From a virus, in the IMG/VR virus record IMGVR_UViG_3300028840_006004, positions 28,627-92,626 of that record: 64,000 nucleotides of DNA, one strand, 5' to 3'. The first letter of the stretch is position 1; each line of letters begins with the position of its first letter. Below are positions 57,556 to 64,000 of the stretch, in pieces. Made by a program: the position numbers and the translations under genes. Under the pieces are notes generated by a model. The model ran no database searches and had not been told where the DNA came from. It was given only the letters and a program-made list of their open reading frames with translations.

Positions 57556-58279
57556 TTTTAAACCGGCCATTGATCAAAATGGAAATCATAGATCCTGGAC
57601 CGGTCGAAACAATGCTACATTCTATGTATTTGATACAGTATGGAGCAATGGTGTTACCGGTCAACGGAATGCCAAATCACAAAGCCCGAGTTGGGAAGTT
57701 GGAAAAGAATATGAAATCCAGCATGAAGAAAAATCTGCAAACAATTATACCTGGACTCAAATTACCAAGATGGATGATCCTGATAGAAGTAAAGGTGGCG
57801 GTGGAGGACGTTACAAAAAAGAAATGTCCAAAGAAGAGCAAAAGGAAATAATGATGCAGGTTGCCATGATTGCCGCTAACTCCATTATGAATAAACTTGC
57901 TGAAGATTACAATACAATCATTGCCAGGTTTATGAATTGGTTAGTTCAGGAAGGTTTCAAGCCTAACAATAAAGCCATTGGTGTCCAAGGAGTCTTAAAA
58001 ATAGCGTGTGAATACTGGGCACAAGTTCCTACTCAACAAGTTACACTGGAAGCAATAATTGATCACGCAAACAAATGTTTAACCGCAGTAAATCAAGCAC
58101 GTACATGGAGAGAAAGCAGTCCCCAGCAGAGAAGCTCGCCAAGCTCAGAGCAAAGCATGGCAACAAATCAAGAGAATCAACCGAGCTTCCAACCAGAACA
58201 TCAGAACCAGCCGGATCCGAACCAGAGCGAAAACTCGATACAGGACGGGAAAGGACCAGAGAGCTTCCTGATCGTTTAA
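57536..58279 (+). CDS. Putative ssDNA-binding/annealing protein (OB-like N-terminus, Q/P-rich tail)
   Basis: W.GRN...YVF, WEVGKEYE, GGGGG linker; lies between the ATPase and the exonuclease. Confidence 0.5.
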   Translation: MKAKLLSFKPAIDQNGNHRSWTGRNNATFYVFDTVWSNGVTGQRNAKSQSPSWEVGKEYEIQHEEKSANNYTWTQITKMDDPDRSKGGGGGRYKKEMSKEEQKEIMMQVAMIAANSIMNKLAEDYNTIIARFMNWLVQEGFKPNNKAIGVQGVLKIACEYWAQVPTQQVTLEAIIDHANKCLTAVNQARTWRESSPQQRSSPSSEQSMATNQENQPSFQPEHQNQPDPNQSENSIQDGKGPESFLIV

Positions 58280-59238
58280 AGAAAATATTAGACGATGATT
58301 ATCCTCCGTGCATAGTATATGAAGGAAACGATATCAAAAAGATTTCCATCAGTTCTACATTGATGGGATCTTTATTCTGGAGAGGTGAAGCCAGACCATA
58401 TTGTCCACGTAAGATCAAGCATACGATATTACTTGGTGACAGGAAAGCTCCGCCTACAATGAGTATGATGTACGGCAGATATTTTGAAGAAGTATGTTTT
58501 AAAGGAAGATATATTGATGAATATGATAGAGCCATCAGATTATCTTCAGGTAAAAAGTCTATTCAGCAATTACGAATCGAAGAGCAAGCTGATATGTTTC
58601 CAATGATAGCCAATCGTTATGGTATCCAGGTACACAATAGTGATGAAAAACGAAATATCTGGAGAAGATTACATGGTAGATTGGAAGTAAAGGAACATCC
58701 AGAAATAGAATTCGAGCTCAAGGGTACGTGTGACATTGAAAGCCCGGTCGAGATGACAGGTTTTTCTTACACAAAAGCTATTATTGATTTGAAATTAACC
58801 ATGGACCGGGAGTCCAAGTTCGGTGAATATTGCTGGGGAACTCCAGAATATATGGATTTATTTCAAATTGTATTCTATTCTTACCTGGGACAGGTTCCTG
58901 GTGCTTATTTGGTGTTTGATTACAGACCTTCAGGCAGAGGGCATAAATTTATACCAGTAGCAACTGAAGCCATGTTTCATAATCCTGATGGCAGTCCTAA
59001 TCAAAAGATGATAACGGAAAATGCAGAATTTTATCAAGCTGCAAAAGATAGACAAGTAAAGTTACGAGTATTGATCAAAGATACAGTTGACGCTATCTTA
59101 AAAATGGACGCAGAAGGATATCCGAAAATGCCAAGTTATGATAATTGTTCTAATTGTCCATTAAATCCAGTAAATCAATTGGAAGAAAAGGACGAAAATT
59201 ACATCTGTAGAAAAGCAGGAGCGATACAACAAGTATGA
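58105..59238 (+). CDS. PD-(D/E)XK exonuclease (RecB/Cas4-like); start uncertain
   Basis: YCPRK, M..GRYFE, LKGTCDI, IIDLKLT, Q..FY, C-terminal CSNCP...C. Confidence 0.8.
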   Translation: MERKQSPAEKLAKLRAKHGNKSRESTELPTRTSEPAGSEPERKLDTGRERTRELPDRLKKILDDDYPPCIVYEGNDIKKISISSTLMGSLFWRGEARPYCPRKIKHTILLGDRKAPPTMSMMYGRYFEEVCFKGRYIDEYDRAIRLSSGKKSIQQLRIEEQADMFPMIANRYGIQVHNSDEKRNIWRRLHGRLEVKEHPEIEFELKGTCDIESPVEMTGFSYTKAIIDLKLTMDRESKFGEYCWGTPEYMDLFQIVFYSYLGQVPGAYLVFDYRPSGRGHKFIPVATEAMFHNPDGSPNQKMITENAEFYQAAKDRQVKLRVLIKDTVDAILKMDAEGYPKMPSYDNCSNCPLNPVNQLEEKDENYICRKAGAIQQV

Positions 59239-59417
59239 CAAAAGAAGAAAAAAAAGAGTTGATGGAAACTTTAGAAATGATCACCATGAACATGAATAAT
59301 TTCCAACAACGACAGAAACAGATGATTGATGAAATGACAAAAATGCGCAAAGAAATCAATCAGCTTAAATCGAAAGATCGAAGGTTGAGAGGTAATAATA
59401 ATAAACTTTTAAATTAA
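59235..59417 (+). CDS. Small coiled-coil protein
   Basis: ATGA-coupled ORF. Confidence 0.6.
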   Translation: MTKEEKKELMETLEMITMNMNNFQQRQKQMIDEMTKMRKEINQLKSKDRRLRGNNNKLLN

Positions 59418-59425
59418 ATAAGATT

Positions 59426-60061
59426 ATGGGATTTGACTTATCAGGCGAGAATCCAATTGTAAATGGAACAGCGCCAAAAGAACCAAATTGGGAAACGGCT
59501 ACCAAGGAAGAAAAAGATTTATACTTCAAAAAGAGTCGTGAATTTCAGGAACAGAATCCTGGTATTTATTTTCGTAACAATGTATGGTGGTGGAGGCCAT
59601 TGTGGGGATATATATGTGATACCTGCGGTGATGTTCTTACCGAAGAAGACCAGGCTGCAGGCTGTTTTAATGATTGGCATCTGATCGAAGAGGATAAAGC
59701 CATTAAAATAGCTGAAAGATTACAAGCTATGGTTAACATGGGCCATACTTTTGAATTTATGAAAACTTACATGAAAGATCTGGAAGATAAGCCAGATGAA
59801 AAATGTGAATTTTGTAATGGAACAGGTATTCGGGTTTGGAGTGAGAAAGATATCGAAATACATGCCAGGACAGTTGATGCCATTAGCGATCTACTTAATA
59901 CTGATTTACCAGTAATTACTAAAGAGAAAACCACAAAATGTAATGCATGTGGTGGTAAGGGAAAAAGAAGACCATTTGAAACAAACTATCCATTTAATGT
60001 GCAGAATGTAGAGGATTTTATCAAATTCTCTTCTCAATCTGGTGGATTTAGAATAGGGTAA
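59426..60061 (+). CDS. Conserved phage protein (MGFD...YFRNNVWWWRPLW...SGGF) with DnaJ-like CxxCxGxG insertion
   Basis: CEFCNGTG and CNACGGKG. Confidence 0.75.
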   Translation: MGFDLSGENPIVNGTAPKEPNWETATKEEKDLYFKKSREFQEQNPGIYFRNNVWWWRPLWGYICDTCGDVLTEEDQAAGCFNDWHLIEEDKAIKIAERLQAMVNMGHTFEFMKTYMKDLEDKPDEKCEFCNGTGIRVWSEKDIEIHARTVDAISDLLNTDLPVITKEKTTKCNACGGKGKRRPFETNYPFNVQNVEDFIKFSSQSGGFRIG

Positions 60062-60062
60062 T

Positions 60063-60641
60063 ATGGGATTAGATATGTATTTAAGTCGAAAGACTTACGT
60101 TAAGAACTGGGATCACATGACACCAGAAGAAAGAACTGAAATTAGTGTCAGTAGAGGCGGTAAGCCTCTACCTGGCATTGATGTCAAAAACATTTCTTAC
60201 ATCGAAGAAGAAGTGGGATACTGGAGAAAAGCCAATCAAATTCACCTATGGTTTACTGATAATTGTGCTGATGGTGTTGATGAATGTCAGACTGTTTGGA
60301 TTGACCCGGAAAAGCTCAAAGAACTTTATGAAATCTGCGTAAAGATCAAGAATGAAGTTATTATGGGAGAAGATGATATTGAAAATGGTTACACATTCAA
60401 GAAAAATGAAGAAGGAAAAGCTGTTAAAGTTCCTCTTATGGAAAAAGGACTTATAATGGTTAATCCTCAGATTGCTGAAGAACTTTTACCTACACAATCA
60501 GGTTTCTTTTTTGGTAGCACTAATTACGATCAATGGTATATGAGAGATATTGAACTTACAATTGAAATCCTAAAACCATTAGTCGAACAAGAGGCTCAAA
60601 AAGGTTTATCACAAGAATATTATTATAGAGCAAGTTGGTAG
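60063..60641 (+). CDS. Conserved phage protein (MGLDMYL...YWRKANQIH.WF...GFFFGS...YYY.ASW family)
   Basis: Recognisable motif series. Confidence 0.75.
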   Translation: MGLDMYLSRKTYVKNWDHMTPEERTEISVSRGGKPLPGIDVKNISYIEEEVGYWRKANQIHLWFTDNCADGVDECQTVWIDPEKLKELYEICVKIKNEVIMGEDDIENGYTFKKNEEGKAVKVPLMEKGLIMVNPQIAEELLPTQSGFFFGSTNYDQWYMRDIELTIEILKPLVEQEAQKGLSQEYYYRASW

Positions 60642-60643
60642 TT

Positions 60644-61024
60644 ATGGGATGGACATCATATAAATCAAGTAAACCATTTGAAATTGAATTTCAAGGTGAA
60701 TTCAGCAGAGATGGTTATCAAATCTTAGCTTTCAATGAAGTAGCTCAACCATCTCCTACACAAGGAAACGATGGTGTCGAGCGTTCTGAGATTTATGCTG
60801 CTATAAGGCACCCAAAAGGATATGTCTTTGGATTAGTTGTTCTTTTTGAACGTGATGCTGAAGGCATGTTGTACTATAAGGACATGGACGAAAGTGTCGG
60901 TCCTAATTATTACGAAGCTTCTGAAGAAGTAATGAATGCGTTATCAAAACCTGAAGAATTTCCAAATGGAGATATCAGTGATTATGCAAAAAATTGGAGA
61001 TCCGAATGTTTAAAACAATTGTAA
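60644..61024 (+). CDS. DUF6927-like protein
   Basis: MGWT...YAAI...YKDMDESVGP.YY...YAKNWR..C. Confidence 0.65.
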   Translation: MGWTSYKSSKPFEIEFQGEFSRDGYQILAFNEVAQPSPTQGNDGVERSEIYAAIRHPKGYVFGLVVLFERDAEGMLYYKDMDESVGPNYYEASEEVMNALSKPEEFPNGDISDYAKNWRSECLKQL

Positions 61025-61648
61025 ATGGGACAATACTACAAACCTGTATGCATTGACTCCAGAGAGTATATGTATACGCATGATTACGATAGCGGATTAA
61101 AGTTAATGGAACATTCCTGGATACTAAATGATTTTGTTTGGGCAGTTGAAGGATTGCTTACGCCTAAAGGACGTTGGTGTGGACAAAGAATTGTCTGGGC
61201 AGGTGACTATATGGATGAAAAATTATTTATTGATATGAATTCTTCAGAATCCCAAAGAATCATTGATCATATTTGGAAGGAGAATCTTGAACAAAAAGAA
61301 GAACATCGTAGATATAAGAGCAGGGAGGAGGTTGGTTTCACTCTGTATCATTTTGCATCCGAAGCCTATCGAAAAATAAAACCTGCATTTGTAAATATGC
61401 TTGAAGCAAGATTCTTTTTTATCAATAATATAAATAAGGAAGTGTTTGTTGACAAGCGTGAATGTCCAGAAGATGATGGCTGGATAATTCATCCATTACC
61501 ATTATTAACCTGTTCCGGTAACGGACGAGGCGGAGGTGATTACAGAGGAGATAATCCTCATGTAGGAACTTGGGCTGGTGACAGGATTATTATTACTAAA
61601 GAACCGATGAAAGAATACAAAGAATTTAAACCCGATTTTGTAGAATAA
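61025..61648 (+). CDS. Conserved hypothetical protein (MGQYY...GLKLMEH...GTWAGDRI family)
   Basis: Internally duplicated GRWCGQRI / GTWAGDRI. Confidence 0.7.
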   Translation: MGQYYKPVCIDSREYMYTHDYDSGLKLMEHSWILNDFVWAVEGLLTPKGRWCGQRIVWAGDYMDEKLFIDMNSSESQRIIDHIWKENLEQKEEHRRYKSREEVGFTLYHFASEAYRKIKPAFVNMLEARFFFINNINKEVFVDKRECPEDDGWIIHPLPLLTCSGNGRGGGDYRGDNPHVGTWAGDRIIITKEPMKEYKEFKPDFVE

Positions 61649-61665
61649 ATAACATTTTTTAAAAC

Positions 61666-62544
61666 ATGAAAAACGAAATTAAATTTACCGATGACGTAAA
61701 GGTCATAGACTTGACTCTTGATGAATTGAGAGCAACAGCAGATTACCAGGGCGGATCCAAACACGAGGTCAGCCATCATCAATTATTTTCAGATGTAATT
61801 GAAGATCTTGAGAATCGTGGTTATGTAGCCAGAGTGGATAAACTCCATGTATCAAAAACAGGTATCAAACCTCCGACTCCACGAGAAGTTGAGCGTAAAG
61901 GATATAAATCAGTTTACGATATTACCGGCACTATTGTAAACAATTGTATTGGCAGGATTGCAGTTGATGGTGAGGATTTTTCTAACGATAAAACTCATAC
62001 TGAAATTGCTATCAGCTATAACAAACAGGGTATTGCATTAGCAATGGGCCAACATGTAAACATTTGTTCCAATATGAATATATTCGGTGGTCAAATGATT
62101 CAAAATTACGGCTCCCAGGGAATGCCATTTCTACGAATGTTAGAGATCCTCAGTTCATGGATACAAAATATGCGAAAATATCGCAAACGTGATATGGAAA
62201 TTCTTAAAGCTCTTCAGAGTACAGAGATTGATCCTATTGTTGAAGTTGATACAGTTGTTGGAAATCTTCACAGATTATGTGAAATGAATAAGAAGAATAC
62301 TAAGATCATTGCTCCATTATCACATTCCAGGATTCACGATATGCAACGTGGTATGATGAATTTTGAAGGTGAGCTGGCAACAGCATATCATCTTTATCAA
62401 GCCGCCACTGAAGTTTCTACTCATCAGCAGGTAATTGAGAACAGGTTGGAGAATACTGGTGCACTGGGATTGTATTTCCAGGAACGCTACAAAGTGATTA
62501 AAGAAATCGCTGAAGAAGCAAAAGAACCGGTTAAGCTTACCTAA
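61666..62544 (+). CDS. DUF932-like protein
   Basis: SHHQL, AISYN, G..VNICSN, TAYHLYQAATEV.TH. Confidence 0.7.
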   Translation: MKNEIKFTDDVKVIDLTLDELRATADYQGGSKHEVSHHQLFSDVIEDLENRGYVARVDKLHVSKTGIKPPTPREVERKGYKSVYDITGTIVNNCIGRIAVDGEDFSNDKTHTEIAISYNKQGIALAMGQHVNICSNMNIFGGQMIQNYGSQGMPFLRMLEILSSWIQNMRKYRKRDMEILKALQSTEIDPIVEVDTVVGNLHRLCEMNKKNTKIIAPLSHSRIHDMQRGMMNFEGELATAYHLYQAATEVSTHQQVIENRLENTGALGLYFQERYKVIKEIAEEAKEPVKLT

Positions 62545-62783
62545 TGGGACGAATTAAGGAAATTATTACCGAGTTACGTAAAGGGATCCAGCCTGCGGAT
62601 CCCTATATGAAACTTATTGACGACTTAGAGCAAGAACTTGCTTTATTCGAAATTGATTTGATCAAAACAAATGAATCACTAAATGGCCGTATAAAGCTCT
62701 TAGAAGAATTTTTAGCCCGAGTGAACCATAGCATCAAATTTGATCTAAACGTTCCTATTCCGTCAAAAGGTAAACCATTTTAA
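62544..62783 (+). CDS. Small coiled-coil protein
   Basis: TAATG-coupled ORF. Confidence 0.55.
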   Translation: MGRIKEIITELRKGIQPADPYMKLIDDLEQELALFEIDLIKTNESLNGRIKLLEEFLARVNHSIKFDLNVPIPSKGKPF

Positions 62784-62792
62784 AGCAAAATT

Positions 62793-63095
62793 ATGCAAGT
62801 ACAGAAATTTCAAATTACACCAGGTATCCCGATTCAAAAAGTATTCATGCCACAAGGTTCAATGTTGCTTACAGGGATCCACAAAATAGATGATAATTTT
62901 TATCTATATGCTATATGCGAATCAAAAAATCCTAATATACCACGAGAACTCAGAGTTTATCCTACATTTCAGGAAATAAATATTGACTCAGGTATAATGT
63001 ACGTTGGTACTTTCCATGATTATGTGCAAGGATACCACGTCTTTGAATTAGAGTCGCCGGAACATCCCGGTGATATTGAACAAACCTCTCAATAG
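62793..63095 (+). CDS. Conserved small phage beta protein
   Basis: MPQGS.LL...LYA...YVGTF.....YHVFE. Confidence 0.6.
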   Translation: MQVQKFQITPGIPIQKVFMPQGSMLLTGIHKIDDNFYLYAICESKNPNIPRELRVYPTFQEINIDSGIMYVGTFHDYVQGYHVFELESPEHPGDIEQTSQ

Positions 63096-63115
63096 AGAGT
63101 CTTATTTAATTTGTT

Positions 63116-63139
63116 AGAGTGCCTTCGGGCACTCTTTTT
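63116..63139 (+). terminator. Intrinsic terminator
   Basis: AGAGTGCC-TTCG-GGCACTCT followed by a T-run. Confidence 0.85.
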
Positions 63140-63150
63140 AATTTATTATC

Positions 63151-63540
63151 ATGGACAGAGTAAATGTTTTAATTCTTATTCCGATAAATTCTAAAACCAA
63201 TAGAAAGATGATCAATGAAGTCACCATTCTTATGGAAGATGGTGGAATTGCTACATTACACTATACAGGTGAGTATATGCTGACTGATTATTATCAGTCA
63301 CGAATTAACTTATCAAAGAAAAATATTTACGAAGACATTTATGAAGGTAAAGCTTATGCTCGAGAATGGAATGGAGAAAAGTATGTTACCGACAGAATGA
63401 TTCACGATGCAATGCATTGGCTTATGCCAACTGCATTCGATTACAAAGTAGTGTATCAATATCACGAACCTGATCACGAACCAGAACCGGTTTTGATAAG
63501 AGAATTCTTGCAAAAATTTTCATATAATATAAAATATTAA
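63151..63540 (+). CDS. Hypothetical protein
   Basis: ORF. Confidence 0.55.
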   Translation: MDRVNVLILIPINSKTNRKMINEVTILMEDGGIATLHYTGEYMLTDYYQSRINLSKKNIYEDIYEGKAYAREWNGEKYVTDRMIHDAMHWLMPTAFDYKVVYQYHEPDHEPEPVLIREFLQKFSYNIKY

Positions 63541-63586
63541 TTTTACAAACGGCAATATTGCCACATAATTTAAAGAAAGGAGTGAA

Positions 63587-63946
63587 GTGATGAAAAGAGC
63601 CACATTCGCAATATTATTGCTCTTATTTATCACGGCCTATCCATTGTACATGGCCGCTGATATCTCACCTCCAGTAGAGGTGGAACTATGTATCGACCTC
63701 GACCAGGAATGTGAGGTAATGATCATTCAAACAGAAACAATTACCCTACCAGACAACTACATGTTAGTCGTCATGTATTGGGAGTACATGTGTCAGAATG
63801 ATCAATTCAACAAATACCAATTAAACAAAAGTGATAGTTGGTATAGTTCGCTGAACATTACAAAAACCGGAGAACATAGTCCCGGAAACCTCAAGAACTT
63901 TCTTGGTCCTGGCGATATACATTACTCTTCGGAGTATAAAATATAA
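63587..63946 (+). CDS. Putative secreted/membrane protein
   Basis: MKRATFAILLLLFITAYP signal-like N-terminus. Confidence 0.55.
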   Translation: MMKRATFAILLLLFITAYPLYMAADISPPVEVELCIDLDQECEVMIIQTETITLPDNYMLVVMYWEYMCQNDQFNKYQLNKSDSWYSSLNITKTGEHSPGNLKNFLGPGDIHYSSEYKI

Positions 63947-63965
63947 TTGATTTATAAATGATTTT

Positions 63966-63994
63966 AAGCCTCCATCCTAAGTGGAGGCTTTTTT
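63966..63994 (+). terminator. Intrinsic terminator
   Basis: AAGCCTCCA/TGGAGGCTT followed by a T-run. Confidence 0.85.
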
Positions 63995-64000
63995 AATGTT

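Noticed and set aside
58105-59238. Cas4 as part of a CRISPR system
   Set aside because: No array or other cas genes; solo PD-(D/E)XK nucleases are usual in phage recombination modules.
1-64000. Stop-codon reassignment (TAG or TGA), common in some crAss-like phages
   Set aside because: Core genes are full-length in code 11; MCP ends TAG TAG and many genes end in TGA within ATGA overlaps.

Overview
This 64 kb, AT-rich window is part of a crAss-like (Crassvirales-type) podovirus genome, probably infecting a Bacteroidota host (TAnnTTTG promoter boxes, A-rich leaders without Shine-Dalgarno sites, signal peptides cleaved before Gln). It uses the standard genetic code. Positions 1-44.2 kb are a minus-strand late/virion module: envelope and accessory genes, HNH and DUF5675 genes, modular tail fibres, lysis genes, terminase, portal, scaffold, major capsid, ring proteins, lysozyme, muzzle and cargo proteins. 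The module ends in a giant ORF of more than 3245 aa that the ORF track missed because it runs off the window; it carries an SF1 helicase and a zincin motif. Positions 44.4-64 kb are a plus-strand early/middle module with many small ORFs, DnaB-like and SF2 helicases, an SMC-like ATPase, an SSB-like protein and a PD-(D/E)XK nuclease. The best candidates for something new are: (1) a ~680-nt, pseudoknot-rich non-coding RNA at 52.75-53.43 kb; (2) a shared C-terminal peptide NPID(D/R)IL on three unrelated early proteins; (3) a hairpin whose loop is the reverse complement of a Bacteroidota-style translation start; and (4) a probable late gene lying antisense in the early region and sharing a CATG with its neighbour. 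All family assignments come from motif recognition by eye; no database searches were run.
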